A DNA stretch of 64,000 nt from Octopus bimaculoides. Lineage: Eukaryota. Shown here piece after piece: positions 47,620-61,874 of the stretch. Position 1 is the stretch's first letter. Each line of letters starts with the position of its first letter. The notes under the pieces were generated by a model. That model ran no database searches, was not told the DNA's origin, and worked only from the letters and a program-made list of their open reading frames with translations. Made by a program: the position numbers and the translations under genes. The stretch lies in assembly GCF_001194135.2 (NCBI RefSeq), contig NC_068981.1, forward strand, positions 143,690,460 through 143,754,459. Reading direction: 5' to 3'.

Positions 47620-49950
47620 TGTTGATGCTTTCCTGCTTAACTGAGTGAATTACCCGATCCTTAGTAGATATTTTTGTTGTACCCCTTAGTGACATTTTAA
47701 CGTTGCTTCTTCTGCTTCTCCTTTATATTTCTCAATTTACTTCAAAGCAAAATCAAGTTTCTATTTTCTCTTTATTTTTGTTCATATTTTGTGACTTGTT
47801 TTCAAAACCTGTGTATTAGTTAACCTATTTTTATTATTTACTCTGCTGTAGATATTTTATACCAGTAATCAAGCTGTAGAAGGTCCCTCATCTTCTTGTC
47901 TGTGTATAAATACAATCTTTCTGTATCAGATTTTCGATGGTGTATTCTAAATGGAATAATTAATTCTCTTGTATTCATATCCTGCTTCGTTAATTCCCTA
48001 AGCTTTCGGGTAATGACATTATAACGATAACTTGTTACTAGAACTGCTACAGTATTGTTGCATATTACCTGATTTCATGCATTTATCCCAACTTAATGTA
48101 TTTATGTAATGCTTCTATGATATTCCGTCCTCGCATTGTTTTACATTTGTGTATGTTATACACAAGTATTTGTAAATCGGTGTTTAATTTAATTCTCTTA
48201 TCTCCGTTTCTTTATCCAAAATAATACTAATGTATCTGCGTTTTTCTATTAATTTTTCTCTCCTGTTCAAGGGTGCTGTGTTGCAATTTTCTAAACTAAT
48301 TTAATGTGAAATCCTCTACCGCATCATGTATCGCATGTAGCAGTGTTTCCAGTTGTTTGTCATCTGGAGCGTACAACTTTAAATCATTCATGTACAAAAG
48401 ATGATTGATTATCCTCCCATAGTATTTGCATCAAAGTCCAGTCTGGATTAGCATGCTGGGGAAAGGAAGGAAACTTATTAATGCCAAGCAGAAAAGGAAT
48501 GGAGAGAAGGAAACCTCTTGGAATTTAGCTCTTTTAATAGACATAGGTTTCGTGTTATAATTTCCCCCTTTTATTTGTATCTGTGGAATTGCTTGTCAAT
48601 TTATTCATGACATGTTTGTTATACCTGCTCGTTAATGGTGCTATCTTACTCATGGCTAATGTTTCTACAAACTTCGAGTATGGTACATTGTCAAAATACT
48701 TCTGTTAATCAATCCACTGTCTACTAGTCTTTTTATATTCACATCTATATGAAACTTTGCATTATCCTTTCTGTTTCTCTAGAAGTATCCCCCTACCAGA
48801 TACGTATTCATTCACAGTGGCATCATTGCAATTAGCACTACGAATGGTGTGTGGAAACATATAACAGGCCTAGAGGTTTTGATGCTTGTGATCTGATATT
48901 GGGAAGAGGTTTTCTTACTGTATCTTATTCGTATTGCGCTTGACCTTTCAATAGATCTTTAAATATTTTTCAAGCACTTTGTATGTGTTTTTTAAATACT
49001 GCAATAATAAGTTTTGCACTTTATCCTTTTCTGTTTTTTTTTTTAAATTTTGGGGGGATATTTTTTATAACGTTTGAGCCACTTTGACAATATTTCATGC
49101 GATACGAATGCTCGCAATATGTGTTACACTTGTTTTAAACATTCTTGTGCGTTTACATATTAATATTCTTCACTCAAATTATACTACTCTTGCTGTGTTA
49201 GCTCCTGAAAATCCTTTTATGGATTTTTATGCAAATGCTATCGGAGAACAATTAATTATCTTTTATGTATATTTAAAACTGCATATACCAGATGAAACCT
49301 CGAAATAATGTTATGTGTAATATTTGATTCAGTTGAGGATTTTCATAAACTCGAATTAAAGAATCTTTTCATTACAACGAATGTGTTGAGATTTAACGAA
49401 CAACTTTTGCTTTAGGCATTCTTTGGATTTGGTTACTTTATTTTCTTCCTCGCTGTTATTGTATTTGTCTGATCCCATATTTAGTACTTGTACTGTTTGT
49501 TGTTTATTTCGATAAGAGTTCAATGATATTTTTTTTTAATTTCTATTTCCGACTTTTGTGTGTACGTTTGTTCCACATTATTCGTTTGGCTATTAATATT
49601 CTTATATGACCAATTTCCGAAAACTTACTTACTTTTGTTACTATTGTGGTTGCCATATTATTATTTGGTTTATCTCAGCGATAAAGGCGATCGCATTTGC
49701 TTTCATTAAGTCTACGGTATCTTAAAAATGTTGTGCTTTATATTGTTGCAATTTTATCGTTATCATTGGGATCTTTCATTTGGTCCACAGGGAAAGATTG
49801 TATCGACATGAGTTCTTCAACTATTTCCATCACTGGATTATTTTCCCATTTAAAAGTTCCATCTTAAAATGGCCTATTCTTAAACATTACTCAAATTCCC
49901 GTATATTCTTGCTTTTGTTGATGCAGTTCTAGCTCGGTTTTTATTAGTCA
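47620..49950 (-). mobile_element. R4/Dong-like non-LTR retrotransposon remnant (RT region)
   Basis: Minus motifs QWID*QKYFDNVPYS (WIDYKKAFDSVPH), FQEVSFSPFLFCLAL (FQGDSLSPLLFCLAL) and INHLLYMNDLKLYA (HLLYMDDLKLY, about 48367-48410); boundaries approximate. Confidence 0.65.
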
Positions 49951-50169
49951 ATATTCTCCAAGTAAGCTGGCCTCTTATTTGTGTTTGGCTTGTTTGCTTT
50001 CTCGTTTTAGATCTACGTTTGTGATTAATATATTTCATGATTATATATTTTAATGTCTTATTCTATGTGTTACATGATTTATTCCTTTGTTGTTTGATTC
50101 TCTGTCTTGTCTTGAAAATTTCTGTCTATGCATGATATAATTATTTATACAAGTGCTGTATAATGTGTC

Positions 50170-50200
<31 letters not shown>

Positions 50201-51098
50201 TATTTATATATATATATATNNNNNNNNNNNNNNNNNNNNNNNNNNNNNNNNNNNNNNNNNNNNNNNNNNNNNNNNNNNNNNNNNNNNNNNNNNNNNNNNN
50301 NNNNNNNNNNNNATATATATACATATATATGTGGAAAACTTTGGAGTCAAAAAGAAGAGAACGGTTGAACATTTATTTTCTATCACCACAATTGTTTCTA
50401 CGCAACGTAGTTCCCTAGGCGTGCAGGTGCGTTATTATGCAACCGTTTCCCTGCATTAAGGGATCTAGTGTTTCCTCAGGTGATATGTAAATATTGTCTT
50501 TGTAAGTTCAAATTCCCGGCTTCAAGAACATCCTCTCTGTCTGTCGTGGTCTGAATTTAATAGGAACCACTGAGTTCATCAAGGTCTGTTGTTGCCGAAA
50601 GACTGTTGACAAACTGCTTTGAATGCGTAGGTTTAGTGGGATGGTGATTCTGTTACTGTTAAAGTGGTCGCCATTTTAAAGGGATTGATATTTGATTTCT
50701 TTATACTAACGCTCGGACACATACAACCTCACAAGCACATGCCCACGTGCACACTCATACATACACACAAACACGCGCGCACGCATAATATATACACATA
50801 CATATACATATATATATATTTGTGGATACATACACTCATGCATACTAAACACGCGGACAGGTATGCATACGTGTATATAGAAATACAACCCATCACACGC
50901 ACGCATGGATATGGGGGAAGTGGAGAGGGAGAGAGTTCACCAAATTATTATTATTCATCGACTGTACCTAGAAAATACAAATGCGTTTTAGTATGCATGA
51001 ATGTATATATTCACACATATACACACACATGCACATGCACACACACACACATATATATATATATGTAAGTATGTACATATGTATACGCGCACACATAT

Positions 51099-51151
<53 letters not shown>

Positions 51152-51201
51152 TATACACACACGCGCATCTGTGTATGTATATGCCTGCGTGTGTATGTAT
51201 G

Positions 51202-52343
51202 TACAAGGTGTGTAAGGTATTTTAGGACATCTTTTTTGGGGGTAATTGCTGCATTTTTTTGCTAACTCTGTATAATCTTTGTTTCAGAAAATAATAATGG
51301 CAGATCCTCATCTTACTCAAGAAGTGAAGAGACATGCTGTTACTGTGGTTATAAATACTGAATATTTTTAAAAGTCGCCATATCTTTTGTCTACAAAGTT
51401 TGAGAGGAGTTAGAGACTGATGATGGAAATGCATCACCAGTATCAATGCATAAATAGCATTCTAAACGCTCTGAAATCATCAGAACCAGTAGGTTCAACA
51501 GACCATTGATTGCAATCTCAGAAAGTCCATGAGGTCAATTGCAAAAGATCTCCCTGTGTCAGAAGGAACAGTCAGAAATGTTGTCCATGAAGACATCATA
51601 TATAAGTTTTATATGATGAAGAAAGGTCAAGAAAATGCAAAAGAAAACCACTACATAAGATCTAAAACAAACTGAAAAATCCAGCTGAAGAAGTTAACAG
51701 AATAAATGACAGAAGGTTATGTGCAGACCCTTCTGAACATGCAAATACTATGCATTCAAAATTTCCTGCAACTGTCATGGTTTTAGGAGTTGTCAGCGAT
51801 GAAAGGCATGTAGTGCCTCCTTACTTCTTTCCACAAGGCCTTAGAGTTAACTCTGCTGCCTACATTGTTAAGCTCTGGATAGACAGTGCATGTAATGGAA
51901 GGCCATATGTCTTTCAGTAAGACATTTTCACACATGGCTCTAGTAACACGGGAATGGATGGCTGAACATTTTCATGATCCCATAACCCCTAACATTTGGC
52001 CTCCTAATTCTCCTGATCTCAATCCATTGGACTATTACATGTGAGGCGTTGTTGAGAGAGAGGTCAATGAACACGCCCATAACATCAAAGATTCTTTGAA
52101 AGCTGCCATAGAGTACTGTCCAAAATTAGCCAGGTTCACTTCATTCGAGCATGTAGATGATTTAGATCTCATATAGAAGCACTTGTTGAAGCTGAAGGTG
52201 ACTTTATTAAATAACTTTATAGAAAGGAAGGTTTATTTTTATCCGCGAAGCAGTTTCTGATAAATAAAGTTATTATCTGTTAATATATATGTTTTTTTTT
52301 ATAAACATAAATCTGTCCTAAAGTATCTGTACATGCATTTGTA
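51202..52343 (+). mobile_element. Tc1/mariner-superfamily element of the maT (DD37D, Bmmar1-like) type, dead, with internal deletions
   Basis: Imperfect TIRs of about 30 bp containing tttaggaca / tgtcctaaa; KFPATVMVLGVVS, PPYFFPQGLRVN, GRPYVFQ*D and WPPNSPDLNPLDYY. Confidence 0.85.
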
Positions 52344-52570
52344 TATGTATGTATGTGAGTCCGAGGACTACATTCTTAACAGAATGCACCATAACTATAT
52401 ATATATATATATATAAAACAAAGCTTGTGTGGGTGCGTATGTTCCATATGGATTCGAAAACTGTGTTGCCGATTTTGACGTATGTGGTATCAAAAGATTC
52501 AGTGATCTTTCGGCTACCAAATAAAGTATATATGTAAATATGTGCGTGCATTTATGTTTGTATATATGTA

Positions 52571-53124
52571 CAGGGTATCCCAAAAAAGATGTACTCGCTC
52601 TTTAACTTCCCAGTACTCATACATTTTGTGTTCAAGTAGATGTTTATTGATATACATACAATCCTAAAAAGTTAAATTAAATTCAGGAAAATAAATTGTT
52701 GCAGAAATGATTATATATTGTCATTTAGAATTATTAAATGTTCTCTCTCATTCTTGCGTGTTCGCAAATGTTCAAACTGCCTTCCTTCATTTTCCAAACA
52801 AAGCTGATAACTTCTAACAATGGATTCGACAACATTGCCAAACATTTCATTTAGAATTGCCACACATTGTATTCGAATTTCACTTTTCAAATTATCAATT
52901 GTCACTGGTTTTGCAACATAAACCTTATCTTTGAAATGTCCCCATAAAAAAAAAGAAAAATCCATTGGCGTGAGGTCTGGGGAACGTGCAGGAAATTCAA
53001 CGCTACATCTCCTCCCAATCCATTTGTTTGGATTTGTTGCATCGAGGTAAGCCCGTACATTACAAAAAACAATACATTAGTAATTGTTTGTCAAAGACTG
53101 AGTACATCTTTTTGGGACACCCTG
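52571..53124 (-). mobile_element. 554-bp internally deleted Tc1/mariner element (rosa/DD41D-like SPDL context) with long TIRs and TA duplication
   Basis: TA-cagggtatcccaaaaaagatgtactc / gagtacatctttttgggacaccctg-TA; minus strand WIGRRCSVEFPARSPDLTPMDFSFFLWGHFKDKVY...GRQFEHL. Confidence 0.9.
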
Positions 53125-53849
53125 TATAATTACATGTGTGTTTGTGCGTTTACGCATGCGAATGTTACAATTATCTCTTGGTTATGCATTGATTCTGAAA
53201 ACTTGATGCCATTTGATCGATAATTATTTAGTAAAAAGAAACTGTCTTCTGCTCTTCGTCAATTCAATTTCCCGGAGTCATAGAAGACCAACAGTCACAC
53301 AACACTGAATACAGACAACATAGTGTACTTGTTGTTCCTCTGGCTGACGGTGCTTCTGCTGCTTTTACATTAAAAATAAAAAACATTCTTTTTGGTTGTA
53401 TTTTTGCCTGTTGCTGCCCTTCGCGGCTTTGTTTCTTTTCTTCGTTTTGTTACTCTTTCTATTTGTTAGTGATGTTGTTTCCCTTTTTCTTCTACGTTTT
53501 CGTTGCTTTTTTCATATTTACCATAAACATCTTCATCGCGATAATCATCGTTATTAGCTATCACCATCATAGTACATCTTCTCCCGTTCTTCTTCTGCAT
53601 CTATTATTCATCATCACGATCAGCAGAATTATTCTCATAACTGGCATTAACTTCAATAGTGTGGTTTGTATCCTCTTAAAAGTTTACAAATTATTATCAA
53701 CAACTTGGGGAAAACACCTAAATTTAGTGGGTAAGGGTAATTTGTTTGTGTGGTCGGTGCTCCAAAGTTACCCAGATGCGGACATTCCACTAGTTTTAAG
53801 GAGCCTTCTGTGTTGTGACTTTCGTATTTACTATTATTATTATCATTAC

Positions 53850-53880
<31 letters not shown>

Positions 53881-53882
53881 CA

Positions 53883-54770
53883 TAAAGGCGGTGAGCTACG
53901 TTTTGAGCTCAAATTTCTGCTGAGGTCGACTTTGCTTTTCTTCCTTTCGGGTTCGATAAATTGAGTACCAGTGAAACACTGGGATCGATGTAATCGACTA
54001 TCCTCCTCCCCAAAAATTTCAGATTTTCTGCCTATAGTAGAAACGATTATAATTATTATTATCACAAAGGCGGTGAGCTGGCAGAGTCGTTAGCGCGCCG
54101 GACATTGTCTTTAATCTTTTCGGAGTCGCTAAATTAAATACCAGCTGAGTACTAGGGTCGATGTAATCAACTTAACCCCTCTCCCCAAATTTCAAGATTT
54201 GTGGCTATAGTAGACAGGATTATCAATTTTTTTATTAAAACGGCAAACTGACAGAATTGTTAACACATTGGGCAAAATGCGTAGCGACATTTCGTCCCAT
54301 CGTTACGTTCTGAGTTCAAAAGCCGCCGAAGTCGACTTTGTCTTTCCTCCTTCTGCAGTTAACAAAATAAGTACCAGTTGAGTACTTGGGTCGATGTACT
54401 GGACTTATCCCTTCCCAGAAAATTACTGATCCTGTGTCGAAATTTCAAACCAATATCATATTTATTGTTTTTATTCCATAAATATCTCTTTTACTATAAT
54501 TGAGTGTTTATACTTTTCATAATGTTTCTTAGTTCACCGTTGTTCTTATGTTTATGGTGACTTGTGGCCAACAGAATTGTTAGTGCGCCGGAAAAAAATG
54601 CTTGCATTATTTGTTCCTGCGCTTTACGTTCTTGGGTGAAATAAGTTAGCTATTTTATCCTTTGGAGATTAACAATGTACCGGTCAAGTTTTGGGACGAT
54701 GTAATCGATTGCCCCCCACCCCTGCCGCCAAAATTCTTGGTCTTTTGCAAAAATTGGAAAGAACTATAAC
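53883..54770 (+). mobile_element. Cluster of four same-strand SINE A copies, variably deleted and decayed
   Basis: Heads at about 53885, 54068, 54240 and 54563. Each has gtcgatgta(a)tc(g)ac-like sequence, and the first two end in gattat tails. Confidence 0.8.
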
Positions 54771-54804
54771 AGCAACAATACTAATGATGATGATGATTTC
54801 ATAT

Positions 54805-54965
54805 TTTGGCAAATGGCCAGCGATTTTGGGGGAGGGGATAAACCGAATACATCGACTCCAGTACTCAGCTGGTATTTATTTTATCGACTCCAAAGTAAGA
54901 AATTCTAAGTAGACCGCAGCGGCATTTGAACTCATAACGTAAATTCAGAAGAAATACTGCTATGC
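54805..54965 (-). mobile_element. SINE A copy in opposite orientation
   Basis: gggggaggggataaaccgaatacatcgactccagtactcagctggtatttattttatcgac...gcggcatttgaactc. Confidence 0.7.
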
Positions 54966-55049
54966 ATTAACTTTGCCTTTTATCCCTCTGAGATCGATAA
55001 AACAAATTTTCAGTCATCTACTGGGTCTTATAAGACAAAATATGCCACG

Positions 55050-56250
55050 CTCATGCACTTCTTTCCTCTACAATCTTGGGTGATCGAAAATAGCTCGTGG
55101 AAACCGCATGAGTTTTTTTATAGAAAAACATTTGCTATAAAATGTTCAGATTTCTACGGATGTTTATTTACTTTCTGCGTTGAGGCTTTTAGGATTATAA
55201 GAAGGCAGATCTATAGCTTTGGTGGTTTGTGTTTTCGTTAATTTGGGGATTAAGATGTCTTTCCCCTAATTGAGCGAGAAAGTTATCGTCTACAGTTCCG
55301 TCATTAAACTTCTTTACGAAAACATTATGTGTTTCTGTTAAATATTTTAATCGGACCTTTTTAATCTTATATCCTGGTGCAATCCAGTTGTTTATTATTT
55401 ATTATATCTGGGTGACTACTGTTGCTTTATCGCCAGTTATTATTTTGATGTTATGTTCGTTGCTTTGAATACTGTTTTTTGTGGGGTTTCTTTTGCAGCG
55501 AATGTTCTTCTGCCAAAATATTTTTTATTGTTGATATTACACTAAATTTTTATCTTATTTTTTAGCAAGTTCTTGATAAAATCGCTTTGGATTGGCGTCA
55601 AACTGTTTGTTTTGTTCAAAGAATTGTGGACGTTTTTCAAAGCAACGAATACTTGCAATTTAGGGAGGATATTTTATTTCAAGTGTTGTTTGAAGTTGGA
55701 TACTTTTGATCAACTTGTTTTTCTCTAGTATTTGTCACTCACTTTCTTTCTCTGTTTGTGTCTTTTTGTTATTAATTTCTCTTTGCTTTCCATATTGTTA
55801 GCTGGGATTTTGCTGTTGTTTTTTTTTATATATATATTGCTCTTCGTTTATTTATACATTTCTTTATTTATTGAGATCTTAGCGATCATTCACTTTCTTT
55901 TGTAACTAAAGTACTTGTTGCATATGTTATTTCATCCTCTTCGGTAATACTGATATTAATATCTGTTTTTATTACGTGTGTAATTGCTAGGTTTGTGTTT
56001 TTTAAACTTGCTGCTATCTTATAGCTTAGTTTTAACAGAGGTAAAGTACATTCGTTGACCCGTATGAAAATCTAATGCTTTAAATTCTTGAATTATTTCT
56101 ACCTTTCAACATCATGAACATGATTTCCAGCTAAACAATTTTCCATTCTTAAATCTTCCTCATATTCCTCTTCATTTATGTTGTTTTAGATTTTATTTGT
56201 TATTATTTTATAGTTGTTGCAAGGCTCGTATTTTTTTTGTTGTGATTTTT
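55050..56250 (-). mobile_element. Second very decayed R4/Dong-like LINE fragment (region N-terminal to RT core)
   Basis: A-rich minus strand with SHPDIINK..L (SPGPD.I.N type) and LAQLGEKTS*SP (WLT.G.T.LLPK type); weak. Confidence 0.4.
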
Positions 56251-56300
56251 GATATATCTTATAATTCGTTTCCCATGAATATTTGTGTGTGTGTGTGTGT

Positions 56301-56383
<83 letters not shown>

Positions 56384-57265
56384 TGTGTGTGTGTGTGTGT
56401 GTGTGTTCTGCTAATCTCTGGTTTGACTTTGAGTATTTACAGAAGAATGTCGACCTGCAGTGAATGCTCATATGACTCAAAAGCGGAATTTCATTTTGCA
56501 GATCAGACGACAAAAAGCTGTCAATCACTTTTCGAGCAGATTGCTTCTTTTCTGCGAATGTCGCCGTTCCCTTAAGCCTTTGTAACATCATTTAAGCAGT
56601 AGCAGTTTTTGTCGGAACTGTCTTGTTGCCAATTAGAACCATGCATGCATCTCAACGCAGCACTGTCGCATTTCCCGCTTGTCACTTATTAAAAACTCAT
56701 ATTCAAGAATTTTCTTTCCTGCGCGTCATTTACTCTGACAAACACATGATGTTTATGAATGAACACAGCCTTTTTTTGACACCACACCGAAATTTTGAGT
56801 TGCTTTTTTTTTTTTCTTATTCAGTTATGATACAGTGTAAATGTACCATCAAGTTTTAGCTTGTGGTTTTTCAGTAGGCATTTACACTCTAAATAATTAT
56901 ACAATAACATGCACAAAAATGCACACGTGCCCCCGTGCGCACATGTTATTGAGCACATTTCTTTTTGCTTTCCAAAAGAGCCAACAGAGAAAGATCATAA
57001 AACCTATAAAGCAATATGACGTGAAATCGCAACGCTCTGCGTTGAGAAATAATACGATACCGAAGAAATCCAATATACCGTAATTAGTATCCAATTTACT
57101 TCATGGCCGTACGTAAGAATTAAAAAACCTCGAAGACATTTATACAATATTCACCACGTATTTCCTGTTGAAGTATGGATCGAGAGAGAGAGAGAGAGAG
57201 GTGGAGGAAAGGGGAAGAGAGAACGAGATAGAGATTAAATTAGATCTCATTTTAAACAGCGTGAT

Positions 57266-57479
57266 AATCCTTTCTAATTTAGGCACTAGGCCTGAAATTT
57301 TGGAGGAGGGGACTAGTCGATTACATCGACCCAGTGTTTCACTAGTACTTAATTTATCTACCCTGAAAGGATAAAAGGCAAAGTGGACCACAGCGGAATT
57401 TGAACTCAGAACGTAGTGGCAGACGAAATACCGCTAAGCATTTCGCTAGGTGTGCTAACGATTCTGCCAGCTCGCTGCC
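57266..57479 (-). mobile_element. Full-length SINE A (tail A2) with a 14-bp target-site duplication
   Basis: TSD ttaaacagcgtgat (57252-57265) / ttaaacagcatgat (57480-57493), one mismatch; A and B boxes present. Confidence 0.9.
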
Positions 57480-57719
57480 TTAAACAGCATGATTAATAAC
57501 AGAAAACTAGAGTATATTAGTGTTATATATCGACGATTCAGAGAACGTTGACCTTCACTTGCCGACAATAATGCACGTGCTCTTTAGGGAAGATTTTGCA
57601 ATCTCCGGTCAAGGATAATTATTTAGAGTATAAATACCAACTCCTGCCCCGCAATTGTTGGCCTTGTGCTAAAAATGTTGAAAATCATTATCATCATTAA
57701 TGGAAAAAAAAAAAAAAAA

Positions 57720-57914
57720 GCTTACCAGCTTTTTATCCGTCTTTACGTTCAGAGTTCAAATTCCACCGAGGTCCACTTTGTCTTTCATGATTTTGGGGTC
57801 GATAAAATAAGTACCAGTTGAGCATTGACTTATCTCTTACCCATGAAGCTACTGGCCTTGTGCCAAAATTTAAAATAATGATGATAACAATAATAACAAT
57901 AATAATAATAATTA

Positions 57915-57973
<59 letters not shown>

Positions 57974-58136
57974 GTTGTTGTTGTTGTTGTTGTTGTTGTT
58001 AATATACAAAGGATTGAGGTAACTCCTCCTGAAGATATAGAGTCAAAATTAAAAGAAGAGTGCTATTGTTATCTAGTGAACGATATTTTGTCATCGTGTG
58101 TGTCTTCAACGGTTTCAAAAAATATATTTGTTAATC

Positions 58137-58196
<60 letters not shown>

Positions 58197-58385
58197 GGTG
58201 GCGAACTGGCAGGGTTTTTAGCACATCGAACAAAATGCTTAAAGGCTTATTGTCCGTCTTTACGTTCTTAGTTCAAATCCGGCTGAGGTAGACTTTGCCT
58301 TTCATCATTTCGAGTCGATAAAATAAGTATCAGTTGAGCACTAGGGTCGATGTAATCGTCTTGTCCCCTCTCCCGAACTTACTGT
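57720..58385 (+). mobile_element. Two SINE A copies (57720-57875 and 58196-58385) separated by (AAT)(ATT)(GTT) and (ATT)n runs
   Basis: gagttcaaattccaccgaggtccactttg and tagttcaaatccggctgaggtagactttg B-box regions plus the shared body. Confidence 0.75.
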
Positions 58386-58580
58386 CAAATGAATAGGCGA
58401 AACCCTCCGTGCAAATCAATTATGACACTTTCTTGTTCTTGTTGTTGCGGTCGTTTTTGTCATCGTCGTTGCTGTTGTGACGTTTCATCTCGGTCTCCTT
58501 TACAAACGTGTCTCCATTACTATCTCTCACTCGCAACCCCAAATCTCTCTCTCACACATGCATTTGTTTTTCTGTCCCTC

Positions 58581-58617
<37 letters not shown>

Positions 58618-58899
58618 TCTCTCTCACCCCCTCTCTCTCTTCCTCTCTTTTTCTCTCTCTTATTCTCTCTCTACTCACTTTTTCGCTCTCAGTATTTGAC
58701 ATGACTGCAACTTTTAGCAAATCCCACCACCACCATCACCGCTTCGATCGCTCAGAGACAATAGACCTACACATTCTTTGAATTTCTACCTCCACAGTCT
58801 TTATCATCTTAGCCCTATCGTTGCACTGAATCAGTTATATGCTCCCTCTCCCTGTACTATTTCTTTCACATTCTACAGAGCCAAATACCTATTGATAGA

Positions 58900-60041
58900 T
58901 CGATTTATTTAACTAAACTGGCCATTCAGTCATTCGGCTATCTATCAATCCATTATCAGTGCATCCGTCCATCCATCCATCCATCCATCCCTACGTCCAC
59001 CCAACCATTGATCCATCGATCCATCTATTCATCCATCCATCCATCCATCCGTCCGTCCATCAAATCATATTAGATCAAACGTCTATTAGCACACTCATAC
59101 ATCTAAATATCCATCCAAGCTAATATTTATTCTCCCTCCATGGATCCTCAGTTCTAACCGCTATTCCTTCCCTTATCCATCAACAAGCACATTCACCCAT
59201 TAATCTATCTTTCCAACTATCTACAGATCCATCCTGCCTTCCTTCTTTCCTTCCTTCCTTCCTTCCTTCCTTTATTCATTCATTCATTCATTCTATCCTT
59301 CTTTCTTTCTTTCATTCACGCACCTATCCGTCCATATATGCACATAACTATAATCCAATCCATTCAGCAATTCATCTCTTAAACAATAAAATTTTGCAAT
59401 CCATCAATTTATCTATCCATAACTCCAGACACTCATCCATCTGCCTGTCTTATTTCTGTCTGTCTGTCTATCCATCCATCTCTCCCTCCCCTATCCATCC
59501 ATCTATACATCCGTTTGTCCATCCATCCATCCTTGTCAGTGATTTCATCGAACCGCATATATATATATATCTATGTATGTATATTCGTCTAATATTCTTA
59601 TCCTTACATACATGTACCTCTTCATCCATTCACAAATCCACACACCAATATGTCCTTTCATCTATCAATCCATGCATTTATGCATCAATCTATCTATTCC
59701 CCTGTATATCCAACCATGCATCCACTTATTCGTGCATCCTATCCCTTCCATATTCTATTCCTTTACAGCCAATCTTAACGTAAGAGACCCCGATCACAGA
59801 CATCGCTCATGTCTGAAGCATTCGCTATGGATTACCGTTATATCAGCAGCGCCAGCAGCAGTTATATTGGAGCCAGTAGCAGCAGTTGCAGTAGAAGCAG
59901 CTACAACAGCGAGTATTGTAGTAGTAGTAGTAGTAATAGTAGTAGTAGTGGTGGTGGTGGTGGTGGTGGTGGTGGTGGTGGTAGTGGTTTTAGTGAGGTG
60001 GTGGTGAGGTGGTGGTTGTGGTAGTAGTAGTAGTGGTTTTG

Positions 60042-60085
<44 letters not shown>

Positions 60086-60789
60086 NNNNNNNNNNNNNNT
60101 GTAGTAGTAGTAGTAGTAATAGTAGTAGTAGTGGTGGTGGTGGTGGTGGTGGTGGTGGTGAGGTGGTGGTGGTGGTCTTAGTAGTAGCAGTAGCAGCAGT
60201 AGAAACAATCTTTGAAGTAGTAGTTGCCGAAGAAGCAGCACCAGCAGTAGTAGATGCAATAGTTATCCCTGCAGCCTCTACTGCAGTAGCCTCTTTCTCT
60301 TCTCGAAAGCCAGCAACTTGTTTCCCAGTTTTACCAAAGCCCACTTTGGTGCTTGTGTTTCTCTTCATGGATTCTTTACACAATCAATGTACTGAACACC
60401 TACTACTACTACTACTACTACTACTACAACTACTGCTGCTGCTACTACTAGTACTACTACTATTAGTAGTAGTAGTAGTAGCAGTGGTTGTAGTAGTAGT
60501 AGTGGTAGTAGTAGCAGTAGGCCAGAACGAGATTTGAAAACAGGACGTAAAAATTTGGGAAACAATACCGCAAAAAAACATTCTGGCGCTCAAACAATTT
60601 TGTCAGATCCTAGTAGTAGTAGTAGTAGTAGTAGTAGCAGCAGCAGCAGCAGCAGCAACGTGGAAGATGTAAGCAATAATAATGATCTGGTGTTTGTAGA
60701 AGTCTCTGATCGCCGTTGTAGATTGACCAGAGCGAAATTTGAACACAGAACGTAAACATTTCTGTCGGATACAAGGCCAAGTAGTAGTC

Positions 60790-60861
<72 letters not shown>

Positions 60862-60890
60862 ACAGCAGCAACAGCAACATAGAAAATGTA
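58900..60890. repeat. Low-complexity tract: degenerate (ATCC)/(TTCC) followed by (AGT)/(GGT)/(AGC)/(ACT) triplet repeats
   Basis: Direct reading; explains the poly-V/S/T/L ORFs. Confidence 0.85.
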
Positions 60891-61322
60891 GACAATTCTA
60901 ATGATATGTTGTTTCTGAAGTCTATGACTGTTGTTGTTGTTTAACCCATGGTCAACTCCAATTCAGTTTGCCTAAATTCAAAGACTTCCGGCCGTTACTT
61001 CCCTATCATCTTGAATAGCATAACTAGGGATACCTCATCCAGTCGATAGCTTTGTTAACATGGTAGGGTGTCGTTTGAGTGAATGTGGTTGCTATTGTTA
61101 GGGGATCAAACGGACAAGTAAACGCTCTGCCGTTGGGTAGAGAAGCATAAGGTTGACAAAATCCATATCGTGCTCTACTAAATGCATGTGTGTATAAAAC
61201 TATGAGCTCCTATGTCTTAAGTTCGAATCGAATAGGGATCTCTATTTAATCGGTTTTGCGCATCCCGTAATATTTCTGTCTTTTTACCTATATTTGGAAT
61301 TATATGTAATATTATTCCGCTT

Positions 61323-61489
61323 GGCGCAGGAGTGGCTGTTTGGTAAGTAGCATGCTTAGCAACCACATGGTTCCGTGTTCAGTCCCACAGCGTGCAGTCT
61401 TCTACAATAGACTCGAGCCAACCAAAGCCTTCTGAGTGGATTTGGTACAGGGAAACTGAAAAAAGGCTGTCATATACACACACACACAC

Positions 61490-61521
<32 letters not shown>

Positions 61522-61724
61522 ATGTGTTTGTCCCTCCACCCTCGCTTGACAACCGTTGTTGGTTTGTTTACGTCTCTGTTACCTGGCGGTTCGGCAAAAG
61601 AGACCGAAAGAATAAGTACTAGGCTTACAAAGAATAAGTCCTGGATTCGATTTGTTCGACTAAACGTGGTGCTCCAGCATGGCCGCAGTCAAATGACAGG
61701 AACAAGTAAAAGAATAAAAGAATA
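61323..61724 (+). mobile_element. Full-length SINE family B with an internal (CA)(TA)(TG) microsatellite
   Basis: Head ggcgcaggagtggctgtttggtaag, central domain, microsatellite, then 3' half ending ccagcatggccgcagtcaaatgac...aagtaaaagaataaaagaata. Confidence 0.9.
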
Positions 61725-61874
61725 GTCGAAACATGAGTTCGGATGTTATGCTTTTAAATTTTCTAACTGGAACAGAAGTAAAAACGTTATCAAAAACTTA
61801 AACAGAATGAAACAAGTTTAAATTTTACGATTTCAGTAATTTCAATTATGGTTCGTATGAGAAGATATATATCT

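Noticed and set aside
50400-50680. GC-richer island with a coding-like minus frame (a similar island lies at 13340-13620)
   Set aside because: In-frame stops about every 25 codons and no recognisable motif; probably an unclassified old repeat.
59901-60537. Mucin-like Thr/Ala/Val-rich ORFs
   Set aside because: Built from decayed AGT/AGC/ACT triplet repeats and spanning a gap.
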